Source: Candidatus Geothermincola primus (GTDB lineage Bacteria; Actinomycetota; Geothermincolia; Geothermincolales; Geothermincolaceae). Taken from it: a DNA stretch of 54,979 bases. The stretch lies in the NCBI GenBank assembly GCA_015711725.1, contig JACVIX010000002.1, positions 1 through 54,979 of the forward strand, in the 5' to 3' direction. The notes beneath the pieces were generated by a model. The model did no database searches and had not been told where the DNA came from. It saw only the letters and a program-made list of their open reading frames with translations. Each line of letters begins with the position of its first letter. The stretch's first letter is position 1. Both the position numbers and the translations under genes were made by a program. Below, piece after piece: positions 45,704 to 54,979 of the stretch.

Positions 45704-47875
45704 GTGATGCAAACCAATGGACAGATAAAAGTGCTTAAAAGAAGGGAGAACGTGAGCGACGCCACCGACATAGCCCTGCTGGTTAGCACTTCATCCAAAG
45801 AGGAGATAAACCTGTGGGACAAAAGCAAAATAGTGAATTCGCTCATTTTGGAGACTGAGGCCACACCCGAACTGGCAAAAGAGATAGCCGATCAGGTGGA
45901 AAAAACCATCATCTCCAGCAATATGAATACCGTCACCACCTCTATTATTAGGGAATTGGTGGACTTGGAGCTGTTGAAGAGGGGATTCGGTACATTACAC
46001 AAAAAACATTCTCATCTGGGATTGCCCATGTACGACGTGGAACAGATAATACTCAACGCTAATAAGGAAAATAGTAACACCACCCACAACCCTGAATCGA
46101 TCAATCTTACTTTAGCGGAAGCGATTTTAAAGGAATACGCGCTCAGGAAAGTCTTCAGCGAAGACATCGCCAGAGCCCATTATGTGGGGGATATACATAT
46201 TCATGACCTGGGTTTCATTATTAGGCCATATTGTGGCGGACACAGCCTCGAATATATTAAAAAATACGGGCTTTCCTTGCCCAATATAACCAGCACATCC
46301 AGGCCAGCGAAACATCCCGAGGTGTTGATCGGGCATATGGTGAAGATGGCATCCACCTTGCAGTCTTACTACGCCGGGGCTATAGGCTGGGAAGCGGTCA
46401 ATATGTTCTTCGCGCCTTTCCTTACCGGGTTGGATTACAAGCGCATAAAGCAACTCGCCCAGATGCTTATCTATGAGTTTAACCAGTTAGCGGGGGCCAG
46501 GGGTTCTCAGGTGGTCTTCACCGATTTTAACCTTTATTGGAACGTGCCTAGACATTTCCGTGAAACCCCCGCCATAGGTCCGGGGGGTAGGTACACGGGT
46601 AGAAAGTATAAGGATTACGAGAAAGAGATGCAGGATTTCCTGAAAGCCCTCTTCGAGGTATACCTAGAGGGGGACGCTATGGGAAAGACCTTCGTGTTTC
46701 CAAAGCCCCTACTCCATATCAACGAAGACTTCTTTAACACCGCGGGTCATGAGGATTTCCTCGATCTTGCGTGTAAGGTCGCTTCTAAACAGGGGATAAC
46801 CTATTTCGTCTTCGATCGCGGGGATGAGATAACTGTATCTCAGTGCTGTAGACTGAAACTGAAACTAAAAGAAGAGGACCTGCGAGAAACCCTTACGCCT
46901 GAGAAAATGAGATTTTCCGCGCTACAAAATATCACCATCAATCTGCCTCGTATAGCATACAAGGCGAATGGATCTGACGAGCTGATTTTTACAGAATTGG
47001 AAAGGGCCCTTCAGCTCGTGGCCAAGGCGCATTTGCAGAAAAAGGAGTTTATAGCCAGTCTTCTCAAGCTGGGAGTAAAAGGACCCCTCTCCATGCTCTG
47101 CGCCTCCAAAGACGGGGAGCCCTATTTGCGGCTAGAGCGGCTTACCTATCTAGCAGGTTTGCTGGGCTTAAACGAGATGGTCCAATACCACTTGGGCCAA
47201 CAGTTACACGAGTCGGAAGAGGCATTGAAGTTTGGGCTTAAAGTAGTGGCTCACATGAATCTCACTTGTCGCAGGCTTTCGGAACAATACGGAATCAACA
47301 TGGTCTTAGAGGAGTCTCCTGCGGAGTCGAGCGGTTACCGTTTAGCCAAATTGGATATGAAATATTTCCCTTACCAAGCGGTTAAAGTGCTTAAGGGAAA
47401 CATCGCTAGAGACGAATATTATTACACTAATAGCGTCCACCTTAATGTTCAGGAGAATATCGATTACATCGAAAGAATCCAGAAACAGAGTCTTTTCCAT
47501 CCGTTGATCGAAGCGGGAGCCATTTGCCATATATGGTTGGGGGAGCATGAGCCCGACCCTGCCTCGATAAAGAACTTCGTTATAAAGACTTTCCAAAAAA
47601 CCAAAGCCTCACAGATAGCATTTAGCCCGGAATTCACTGTCTGTAACGACTGTCGCAGGACCTCACGTGGGTTACATGATAGATGCCCGCTCTGCGATTC
47701 GAAGGACGTCTATGGAATAACGCGTATTGTCGGCTACTTCTCTAAAATAACCACCTGGAATAAAGGGAAGATAGGGGAACTGAAAGAAAGGGTTAGAACC
47801 AGCCTGGAAGGAGGGTTAATAAATGCGTCTCAAGATATTCGTGAAAGAAGACTGTCCCAAGTGTCCAGCGGCTAA
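45704..47875 (+). CDS. nrdD: anaerobic ribonucleoside-triphosphate reductase (class III)
   Basis: Contains 'SQCCRL', the C-terminal zinc site 'CNDCRR...CPLCDS', and the glycyl-radical motif 'RIVGYFS'. Confidence 0.95.
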   Translation: MMQTNGQIKVLKRRENVSDATDIALLVSTSSKEEINLWDKSKIVNSLILETEATPELAKEIADQVEKTIISSNMNTVTTSIIRELVDLELLKRGFGTLHKKHSHLGLPMYDVEQIILNANKENSNTTHNPESINLTLAEAILKEYALRKVFSEDIARAHYVGDIHIHDLGFIIRPYCGGHSLEYIKKYGLSLPNITSTSRPAKHPEVLIGHMVKMASTLQSYYAGAIGWEAVNMFFAPFLTGLDYKRIKQLAQMLIYEFNQLAGARGSQVVFTDFNLYWNVPRHFRETPAIGPGGRYTGRKYKDYEKEMQDFLKALFEVYLEGDAMGKTFVFPKPLLHINEDFFNTAGHEDFLDLACKVASKQGITYFVFDRGDEITVSQCCRLKLKLKEEDLRETLTPEKMRFSALQNITINLPRIAYKANGSDELIFTELERALQLVAKAHLQKKEFIASLLKLGVKGPLSMLCASKDGEPYLRLERLTYLAGLLGLNEMVQYHLGQQLHESEEALKFGLKVVAHMNLTCRRLSEQYGINMVLEESPAESSGYRLAKLDMKYFPYQAVKVLKGNIARDEYYYTNSVHLNVQENIDYIERIQKQSLFHPLIEAGAICHIWLGEHEPDPASIKNFVIKTFQKTKASQIAFSPEFTVCNDCRRTSRGLHDRCPLCDSKDVYGITRIVGYFSKITTWNKGKIGELKERVRTSLEGGLINASQDIRERRLSQVSSG

Positions 47876-48068
47876 GGAAGTGGTGAAACTTTTCAAGGGG
47901 AAAGTGGAGGTATTTGATATCGAGCATTTTGAAGGACTTGCGGAAGCTGCTTTCTACGATGTGCAATGCACGCCCTCAATCCTTTTAATAGATGATAACG
48001 GCAGGGAGCTGAAGGCTTGGAGATGTGAGGTCCCTAGCCCCAAAGAGATAGATGTTCTGGTGAACTGA
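47823..48068 (+). CDS. thioredoxin/glutaredoxin-like small redox protein
   Basis: 81 aa with CxxC motif 'CPKC'. SD GGAGGG lies upstream. It overlaps the nrdD 3' end by 53 nt, and its stop overlaps the nrdG ATG (TGATG). Confidence 0.75.
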   Translation: MRLKIFVKEDCPKCPAAKEVVKLFKGKVEVFDIEHFEGLAEAAFYDVQCTPSILLIDDNGRELKAWRCEVPSPKEIDVLVN

Positions 48069-48793
48069 TGGAGAGATACCCGATAAAAGGGTTAATTTCT
48101 GCCAGCATGCTGGATTGGCCCGGTAGGCTGGTGAGTGTATTGTTCCTCTCCGGATGCAATTTCAGGTGTCCTTACTGTCACAATCCGTCTTTGGTAAAGC
48201 CTGACCGCTCTCTCGAGGAAATACCGTTCATTGCGGTTAAAGAATTCCTCAAGGAGAGGGATGGCTGGATCGATGGCGTGTGTATCACCGGCGGGGAGCC
48301 CACTCTAAATAAATGGCTTCCAGGAATGATCCGGGAGCTGAGAGCGTTAAATCTTGAGGTGAAATTGGACACTAATGGATCCAGGCCTCAGATGTTGCTG
48401 GAACTCCTGGGGGAAAAGTTAGTGGATTTCATATCTATGGACGTAAAAAGCTCGCTAGAAAGATATCCCGAAGTGACCAGGGTGCCTGTATCCACTGATG
48501 ACATCAGGAGAAGTATAGAGATCATAAAGAGTAGCGGAGTTAATCACGAGTTTCGCTGCACGGTGATACCGGGTCTGGTGGAGGAGAAAGATTTGATAAG
48601 TATAGCCGAATTGCTTCAGGGAGGGGAGGCGTTTGTTCTTCAGCAATTCAGGCCAGGAGACACTCTTGATCCCGCTTTCGGGGAACTGGAACCCTATCCA
48701 GACGATTTGCTCAACTTATGGTCGGAAAAAACATCCAACATATTGCCCACGCTAGTACGAGGATCCATCAACGTTAATGTTTACAGGTTATGA
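48068..48793 (+). CDS. nrdG: anaerobic ribonucleotide reductase activating protein (radical SAM)
   Basis: Radical-SAM motif 'CNFRCPYCHN' and 'ITGGEP'. Operon context supports the call. Confidence 0.9.
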   Translation: MERYPIKGLISASMLDWPGRLVSVLFLSGCNFRCPYCHNPSLVKPDRSLEEIPFIAVKEFLKERDGWIDGVCITGGEPTLNKWLPGMIRELRALNLEVKLDTNGSRPQMLLELLGEKLVDFISMDVKSSLERYPEVTRVPVSTDDIRRSIEIIKSSGVNHEFRCTVIPGLVEEKDLISIAELLQGGEAFVLQQFRPGDTLDPAFGELEPYPDDLLNLWSEKTSNILPTLVRGSINVNVYRL

Positions 48794-48804
48794 CATCCGT
48801 GTGA

Positions 48805-49407
48805 TTGGCTAAGACGATGCCGACATCTAATCCGTTCGAGGAACCCAGTAGGTATCTTCTAGAGAGCGATCCCAACGACGTGGCGACTAAAGCCGGTGTT
48901 AAATACGAGGAGGGGCGCTTCTACATAGATTTTATGGAGTGGGAGATTCAATTAACTTATCCTGGCCTCCAATTTCATCTTCCGGAAGAGATAAACACCT
49001 TCACCATTAAGCTTCTTACCCTTTTATATTTAAGCAGAGCGACAGGAGTTCCCCTGGCGAATCAGTGGGTTCCTTATCGTGAGTTAAAAGACGGCCTCTT
49101 TTATGCTAGAAGTTTCAACAAAACCGTGGAGCAGAAAATAGAAACGCTTTTTGGAAGCGACCCGGAGGCGCTAAGGTTGGCTGGAGCTCGTTTGGGAAGC
49201 CGGGAGGTGGAGCAGGGAGATGTGGGGTTGGTGCTCAGAACCTATCCCAGAATATCCCTTCTTATTATCCTTTGGGTTGGGGACGAGGAGTTCCCAGCCA
49301 GCGCAAGCATCCTTTTTGACGCGAATGCCACCGATTATCTCAACGTATTCGAGTTAAGAATGCTGGCGGGCGAGGTGGTTAACAGGTTATCCAAATATGC
49401 CGGTTAG
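48805..49407 (+). CDS. DUF3786 domain protein
   Basis: Contains 'LLTLLYLSRATGVPLANQWVPYRELKDGLFY' and 'WVGDEEFPASASILFD', which resemble the family as I recall it. The ATG at 48817 is a possible start. Confidence 0.5.
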   Translation: MAKTMPTSNPFEEPSRYLLESDPNDVATKAGVKYEEGRFYIDFMEWEIQLTYPGLQFHLPEEINTFTIKLLTLLYLSRATGVPLANQWVPYRELKDGLFYARSFNKTVEQKIETLFGSDPEALRLAGARLGSREVEQGDVGLVLRTYPRISLLIILWVGDEEFPASASILFDANATDYLNVFELRMLAGEVVNRLSKYAG

Positions 49408-49474
49408 GGTTAGAATAGAGAAGTATATATTTAAAAGTATAATATTTTATTTTTAAATATTATTAGGGGATATT

Positions 49475-50029
49475 ATGCAATCGTTGGATATTGTCATACT
49501 GGGGTTAGTGTCCATTAAACCTCGCCATGGATATGACATATTGAAAGAAATGCAGGATCGGGGAATGCGCAATCTGATGAAAGTAAGCGATGTGGCCATC
49601 TACAAAGCGCTTTATAGATTAGAAAGAGAGGGCTACTTGAGTTCCTTTAAAGAGAAGGAAGGTAAAAGCCCAGAAAGAAATGTGTTTTCCATTACCCAAA
49701 CTGGCGAAAACTATTTGCAGGATATAGTCTTTGAATATCTTTCAAGCGATGAGCCTTTGAGAAATGAATATCTCGCGGTCTTTGATTTCCTTTTATTTCT
49801 CAATCAAAATGAGTGTCTGCTCGGATTAGAGGAGAGGATAAAAAAACTTAAGAGGATCAGGCAAAATTTGCAAACAAGATTATCTGCCCTTAAAGATATC
49901 CAATCATATCTTTCTTATGAAGTTATAAAACATCAGTGCGATATCTATGATTTAGAGATTAAGTGGCTGGAAAAATTGGTCGCTCGTATTTCCAAAGAAA
50001 GCTCTTTGGACTTCCTTTATAAAGCTTGA
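49475..50029 (+). CDS. PadR-family transcriptional regulator
   Basis: Winged helix 'ILGLVSIKPRHGYDILKEM...[14 protein letters not shown]' with a C-terminal coiled coil. Confidence 0.85.
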   Translation: MQSLDIVILGLVSIKPRHGYDILKEMQDRGMRNLMKVSDVAIYKALYRLEREGYLSSFKEKEGKSPERNVFSITQTGENYLQDIVFEYLSSDEPLRNEYLAVFDFLLFLNQNECLLGLEERIKKLKRIRQNLQTRLSALKDIQSYLSYEVIKHQCDIYDLEIKWLEKLVARISKESSLDFLYKA

Positions 50030-50434
50030 CTAATATTGTCTTTTTCGCTTTAAGTAAATGTAATTTCCGATAGCTTCATAATTTTGTCACGATGAACGAT
50101 TTATCTAAGTATGTTTTAGGTGTGATTTTTATCTTGGTCTATATTGGCTAAAAATTTAATGTTTCACCGATAAAATTGTAGACTTTTTTAAAAGTTCGAG
50201 CACTGTGAGATTCTCTGTAAAGCGCCGATAATATATCTTATGTTGAGTATAAGAAGTTATATTCTGCTTCCAGTTATTTCCACACAAATTTTCACATATC
50301 CCCTACCTAACATAAGAGTCTGCTCTGAAATTTGACATAAGCAATACAACCTAAAATAAAAAATTATACCTTGGATTAATAAAAATTGTCGTTGTAGAAA
50401 TTTATAATGAGTAATGAGCATGAGAAAGAAAAAT

Positions 50435-50499
50435 GTTGGAATAAACATTCCAACGCCCCACCCGGAAAGCAGACTAACCCGCCCGGGTTAGCTGCTTTC
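50435..50499. terminator. two adjacent hairpins between convergent genes (bidirectional terminator candidate)
   Basis: The first hairpin pairs GTTGGAAT with ATTCCAAC (50435-50454). The second is an imperfect (1-nt bulge) ~15-bp hairpin pairing GAAAGCAGACTAACCCG with CGGGTTAGCTGCTTTC (50465-50499). Confidence 0.6.
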
Positions 50500-50502
50500 G
50501 CT

Positions 50503-51228
50503 TTATGTAGGAAATTTAATTAAATTAAAATGATATTTTTCTGAAAGATAGCGTTTAAATTCTGAATAACGATCGGTTATAACACCGTCGACACCCATAT
50601 GAACAAGTTCTTCTAGGTGCTGGATATTATTTACCGTCCATGGAATAACTTTAAGATTAAAGCTATGTGCTTCATCTATTAAACTTTGATTAATTATAAG
50701 GTGGAAAGGCAACAATGCCTGCACATGTAAGGAATCGGCTGTGAACAAGACTTGTCTCAAATGCAAATGATTATTTAATAAAATTCCAATACAAATATTT
50801 TCATCTAGCGCTCGCATCTCCTGAAGAAGGTCCTGGTGAAAGGAGGTAATCATTATATCTTGTAGATTAAACGAGGATATAAGATCGAATAATAATCTGG
50901 GGGATACCCTTTTAAGTTCCAGGTCAAAACCACATCGACCCTTCCCTTCCTCCAGGAACTCCTTCAAGGTGGGGAGATATGAATATGAATCTTTCAGCTC
51001 AGCGTAACTGGTTCTGCTGATGACGTGATACCCGATTATGGCATCGTGATGAATAACCAGCACATGGTCTAGAGTCTCCCTCACATCGGTTTCGACCATC
51101 GTTACTCCTCTCGAGATGGCCTTACGTAAGGTTTCGAGATGATTTTCCGGGCCGAATTCTTTTCCTCCACGGTGAGCTATAAGGATAAAATGGCCTCTAT
51201 CTTTAGCGTTGTTCCTTAAAGCGTTCAT
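50503..51228 (-). CDS. glycerophosphodiester phosphodiesterase
   Basis: Contains 'IAHRGG', 'ENHLE' and 'VETDVRETLDHVLVIHHD'. Confidence 0.88.
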   Translation of the reverse strand: MNALRNNAKDRGHFILIAHRGGKEFGPENHLETLRKAISRGVTMVETDVRETLDHVLVIHHDAIIGYHVISRTSYAELKDSYSYLPTLKEFLEEGKGRCGFDLELKRVSPRLLFDLISSFNLQDIMITSFHQDLLQEMRALDENICIGILLNNHLHLRQVLFTADSLHVQALLPFHLIINQSLIDEAHSFNLKVIPWTVNNIQHLEELVHMGVDGVITDRYSEFKRYLSEKYHFNLIKFPT

Positions 51229-51596
51229 CTATCTCTCCTATTTATAGAAAAAATCTCATAAATCTTTTCGTTATGCGACTGCCCCTGCTTTAGCCATCTA
51301 ATTTTTAGGTTGTTTTTTTATGTTGGTGCATATTATTTCCACTTAGGAAGTAATTACCCTTTGGCAATTATCTGAAAATATTCTTCGCATACTCGATCTC
51401 GCCTTAGCCCTAGCGGATGACCCATGCTCAGCGGAGTTAAAATCAATTGTAGTCATCAGACTTTGGCGGTATAAGAAGTCGAACATCTGGGTGAGAACAA
51501 ACGCTCAAAATTTATCGATTTTTTAATATTTTTAAGTGAGTTACTTGATTTTTCACATGAGAAGCGCGACGTCTACCGTGACAGGTTTATCCAGGT

Positions 51597-52631
51597 TCAA
51601 AATTGAGAGCGCGTGTCGGTGAATTGATATAGTTCTTCTTCCGTCTCCTCTCTGGGCTGACGACTCATCAAGTTTTCCATAGCCTCTCGAGGCGATAAGC
51701 TTGAGAAAAGCACCTTATGTACCACTTCGGCAATGGGAATCTCAACTTTGCACTCTTCAGCGATCTTGAGGGCGATCTCAACTGCGGACACTCCTTCAAC
51801 CACCATAGCGGAGCCCTTGGTTGCCTCTTCCAAACTCATTCCCTTCCCTATCTTCTCGCCCAAGCCCCTATTGCGTGAGTGCCTGCTTATACAGGTCACT
51901 ATGAGGTCCCCAATCCCGGATAGACCGGTAAAGGTAATAGGGTTAGCCCCCAAGGCGGCCCCAAAACGGGTCATCTCCGCGAGGCCTCTTGTTATAAGGC
52001 TGGCTTTGGTATTGTCACCAAGTCCCATACCATCGAGAATTCCTGCGGCGATAGCTACTATATTTTTATACGCGCCGCCTATCTCAACTCCTTTTACGTC
52101 GCGATTAGTGTATACGCGAAAATAAGATGTGTTGAAGGTGTTCTGCAAAGTTTTTGCGATAGAAAGGTCTTGGGAAGCGATCACCGTTGCGCTGGGAATC
52201 TCACGAATCACCTCCTCCGCGTGATTGGGTCCGGATAGGGCGGCATATCCTTTTATCCTTCCTTGAAATAAGTCCAGTAAAACTTCGGATAGTCGTTTGC
52301 TGGAAGGATCAAACCCCTTGGCCAGATTGAGGATTAGCGTTTTCCCGTCTAAAAACCCCGTTATCCTCTCCCCTACTTCTCCGCACCAACGCGAAGGAAC
52401 CGCCATCACCACCAGGTTTTTGTCGCTGACCGTGTATTGCAAGTCTCCGCTGCAGTGGATATTTTTCGGTAAGTCGATATTGCTAAGATAGATAGGATTG
52501 CGATTATGCCGGTTGATCTCTTCCACTATCTCCGGTTCTCGCGCCCATAAGGTAACTTCGTATCCCTTTTTAGCGAGGAGGGAAGAAATGGCGGTCCCCC
52601 AGCTCCCCCCTCCCACTACTCCGATCTTCAA
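51597..52631 (-). CDS. gpsA: NAD(P)H-dependent glycerol-3-phosphate dehydrogenase
   Basis: Contains 'IGVVGGGSWGTA', 'LSGPNHAEEV' and 'GGAYKNIVAIAAG'. Confidence 0.95.
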   Translation of the reverse strand: MKIGVVGGGSWGTAISSLLAKKGYEVTLWAREPEIVEEINRHNRNPIYLSNIDLPKNIHCSGDLQYTVSDKNLVVMAVPSRWCGEVGERITGFLDGKTLILNLAKGFDPSSKRLSEVLLDLFQGRIKGYAALSGPNHAEEVIREIPSATVIASQDLSIAKTLQNTFNTSYFRVYTNRDVKGVEIGGAYKNIVAIAAGILDGMGLGDNTKASLITRGLAEMTRFGAALGANPITFTGLSGIGDLIVTCISRHSRNRGLGEKIGKGMSLEEATKGSAMVVEGVSAVEIALKIAEECKVEIPIAEVVHKVLFSSLSPREAMENLMSRQPREETEEELYQFTDTRSQF

Positions 52632-53259
52632 GTTTTCTTCCTTTCTTACCCTTTGAGATCTTGGGCTCAGTGCCCTCCATCAACCTTTTTATGTTTTCCC
52701 TATGTTTATATATCGCAAATGCCGATGCTAAAATAGCAAGCGCTAGGTTGGCCCAGTAAGCGTCTAGCTTATGCATGAAATAGATATAGGTAGCGATGGG
52801 AAATGCGAAGGCGGCGGAGATGGAGCCAACAGACATATACCTGGTTAACGCTGCCCCCAAAAGGAATATACCCACTACCGCAATTATTACTTGGTAGGGA
52901 AAGGCGGCGATGATCACCCCGGCGCTAGTGGCGATACCTTTGCCGCCTTTAAAACCCAGATATAGGCTCCAATTATGGCCTACGATGGAAAACAGCCCGG
53001 CAAGTAGCGCCCATGAGTTGGAAAAGCCCGAAGCCTTGGCAACAGCCACGGCTATAAAGCCCTTACTCATATCCAGAAGCATTACCGCTACGAAGGGCTG
53101 GAGACCGAAATTGCGCAACACGTTGGTGGCTCCTATATTGCCGCTACCCAATTTCCGCAGGTCCGCATGGAATAGGAGTTTGGATACGATCAACCCGAAC
53201 GGGATAGATCCGATAAGATAGGAGGCCACCAGCCATATAATTATCTTTATGGTTTCCAT
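52570..53259 (-). CDS. plsY: glycerol-3-phosphate acyltransferase PlsY
   Basis: Contains 'GSGNIGATN' and 'KGGKGIATS' in a multi-TM protein. A basic tail of about 30 aa overlaps the gpsA start by 62 nt. Confidence 0.92.
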   Translation of the reverse strand: METIKIIIWLVASYLIGSIPFGLIVSKLLFHADLRKLGSGNIGATNVLRNFGLQPFVAVMLLDMSKGFIAVAVAKASGFSNSWALLAGLFSIVGHNWSLYLGFKGGKGIATSAGVIIAAFPYQVIIAVVGIFLLGAALTRYMSVGSISAAFAFPIATYIYFMHKLDAYWANLALAILASAFAIYKHRENIKRLMEGTEPKISKGKKGRKLEDRSSGRGELGDRHFFPPR

Positions 53260-53644
53260 ATCTTCCCAGGAGAAATTTTTTCTTCAACCAGCATTGCAAA
53301 ATCGAACCAAAAAATTTCAATCACATCCTCAACCTAAGCGCAAACAATTATGGGTCCCTTAAATTTTGACAGGTCGTTTTATTTAATTGTCTCATACAAT
53401 AAATATAACACCAGAAGCGGCGTACTGTTGCAAAGAACATTCATATCGCTTCGGGAAGGAGTACAAGCTTTTATATCCTTTTATATTTTTATATTAGCGT
53501 CACGATGCCCCATATTCTCCCATATTCCCTCCTCCACTTAACCTTCCCTACCTGGATTTGTGCGGTCATTATAGGCTTCCAATACTCTTATTCCGTCATG
53601 TTTCCTTTCTTAGTCGATTCTTAATCTCATAACAACGCTCCGGT

Positions 53645-54970
53645 TTATTCAAGTGTCGCGGTTTTTTTGCCTCTAAAAACTATCCTTATGGGAGACCCCG
53701 GGAATTGAAAGATTTCTCTCAAGCGCCGTTCCAAAAACCTAGTATAGCCTCTGGTAACCAAGCGTTTATCGTTCACGAAGAAGACGAATTCGGGAGGTGA
53801 CGTTCTCGCTTGCACAATGTAATATATGTGCAGATGCTTTCCTCTCTTAGATGGAGGCGGAGACTTCAGGAGAAGATCCTCACGCATGCGATTTAGCTGG
53901 GCGGTCTGAATTCTGCTGCTCCAACTGGCATAGGCTTCCTCCACAGCGGGTAAAATTTTCCGCATTCCGAATCCGGTGAGAGCGCTGGTGCGGATAAAAG
54001 TCGAATAGGAGATAAACTGCAGCTTTTCTTTGGCATCCTCCACTAGATCTTGATTAATTGCTTTATCTTTCACCAGGTCCCATTTGTTCAAAAGGACAAC
54101 GGAGGCCAGTCCGTCTTCCCTAATTCTAGCGGCGATCTTCTGGTCCTGGTCGGTTACCCCCTCACTCGCGTCTATCACCAATAAGGCTACGTCCGCGCGG
54201 TCCAAAGCCCTCCATACTCGCACCAGTGAATAATATTCTACCTGGTCGGTAAGACGGCTCCTTCTCCTCCAACCCGCCGTGTCCACAAACCGATAATGCC
54301 GACCATCTATGATTATCTCCGTGTCTACCGCGTCCCTAGTGGTTCCTGGCGTTTCACAGATAATAGATCTCTCCTCGCCGATCAACTTATTGAAGAGAGA
54401 GGATTTACCCACGTTAGGCCTTCCCAGTATGGCGATAGTTATTCCCTCGTCCTTCTTCTCTTCTACCTCCCCTGGGGGGAGTTCCGAGATCACCCAATCG
54501 AGGAGTTCCCCGATTCCCAAGCCGTGGAGAGCGGAAATAGGAAAGGGTTCGCCTAAACCTAGCTGATAGAATTCCGGCAGTGCCTCCTCCTCTACCCTGC
54601 GATTGTCAACCTTGTTCACCACTAGAAGCACCGGCTTGCTCATCGGCCTCAAATTTTCTGCGATCTCTAAATCGAGGGCAGTGACCCCGTCGGATGCGTC
54701 CACTATAAAGATGATGAGATCCGATTCCTTGGCGGCGTAGAGCGCCTGCCTGCTTATGCTCCGGGAAAGATCATCAGCAGTAAGGGGGTCGAGCCCCCCG
54801 GTGTCTATCAGCTTGAACTTCACACCTCGCCAGTCCGCCTCGTAATAATTGCGGTCCCTAGTAACCCCCGGTTCGCTTTCCACTATGGCTTCATGGCTTG
54901 ATATTAAACGATTGACTAAGGTGGATTTCCCCACATTGGGCCTTCCCACAATAGAAACTATCGGTAACAC
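53645..54970 (-). CDS. der: ribosome-biogenesis GTPase Der (EngA)
   Basis: Two tandem G domains ('GRPNVGKST' twice, 'DTGG'/'DTAG', 'NKVD'/'NKWD') and a KH-like C-terminus. Confidence 0.96.
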   Translation of the reverse strand: MLPIVSIVGRPNVGKSTLVNRLISSHEAIVESEPGVTRDRNYYEADWRGVKFKLIDTGGLDPLTADDLSRSISRQALYAAKESDLIIFIVDASDGVTALDLEIAENLRPMSKPVLLVVNKVDNRRVEEEALPEFYQLGLGEPFPISALHGLGIGELLDWVISELPPGEVEEKKDEGITIAILGRPNVGKSSLFNKLIGEERSIICETPGTTRDAVDTEIIIDGRHYRFVDTAGWRRRSRLTDQVEYYSLVRVWRALDRADVALLVIDASEGVTDQDQKIAARIREDGLASVVLLNKWDLVKDKAINQDLVEDAKEKLQFISYSTFIRTSALTGFGMRKILPAVEEAYASWSSRIQTAQLNRMREDLLLKSPPPSKRGKHLHIYYIVQARTSPPEFVFFVNDKRLVTRGYTRFLERRLREIFQFPGSPIRIVFRGKKTATLE

Positions 54971-54979
54971 TTCATATCA

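Noticed and set aside
50257-50448. 63-aa minus-strand ORF, and the 53350..53541 (+) ORF, in AT-rich spacers.
   Set aside because: Their hydrophobic, low-complexity sequences derive from AT-rich DNA. They have no SD and no motifs, and the second lies antisense in the der-plsY spacer.
52570-52631. 62-nt overlap of plsY and gpsA as a possible frameshift or fusion.
   Set aside because: The gpsA N-terminus (MKIGVVGGGSWGTA) is canonical. The conserved part of PlsY ends before the overlap, and the overlap encodes only a basic tail. This is consistent with ordinary gene overlap rather than an error.

Overview
The window is a largely syntenic housekeeping chromosome segment from a Gram-positive-type bacterium. 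I call about 50 CDS, 45 on the + strand plus a four-gene minus-strand block at the 3' end. I also call one tRNA-Pro(GGG), one SAM-I riboswitch upstream of metK, and a pair of NrdR boxes upstream of an nrdR-nrdD-(thioredoxin-like)-nrdG operon. I saw no transposase, integrase, phage genes, rRNA or CRISPR array. Gene order is proB-proA-nadD, metK, def-fmt-rsmB, recA-recX, rny, spoVS, miaB...miaA-dapF-dapL-hflX. It continues with a GAF-GGDEF cyclase, a CDP-alcohol phosphatidyltransferase plus an 831-aa ManC-like protein, and a GarA-type FHA protein with a MerR regulator. Then come a DUF151 nuclease, a K+ channel, the class III RNR operon, and der-plsY-gpsA on the minus strand. Content mixes Actinobacteriota hallmarks (GarA/MerR/DUF151 cluster, DUF2993, long ManC next to a CDP-alcohol transferase) with Firmicutes-like ones (RNase Y, SpoVS, SAM-I riboswitch), which suggests a deep-branching lineage. 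The most unusual item is a ~1.1 kb ORF-free interval at 42632-43737. Unlike the other long spacers it is G+C- and purine-rich on the + strand and dense in helices, some needing G-U pairs on the + strand. It matches no RNA family I can recognise by eye, so I treat it as a candidate large structured RNA or very long leader. Other items worth a second look: a small coiled-coil protein carrying a near-exact single RsiG-type c-di-GMP-binding motif; an orphan MutL-N-like GHKL ATPase between rny and spoVS; a LigB-like/AMMECR1 pair wedged between miaB and miaA; a ManC-like protein whose phosphomutase domain has degenerate catalytic motifs; a PRC-barrel MgtE-like protein with a degenerate pore motif; and a TIM-barrel gene whose conserved N-terminus has no canonical start codon. 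All functional calls rest on motif recognition in the supplied translations. No database search was run.
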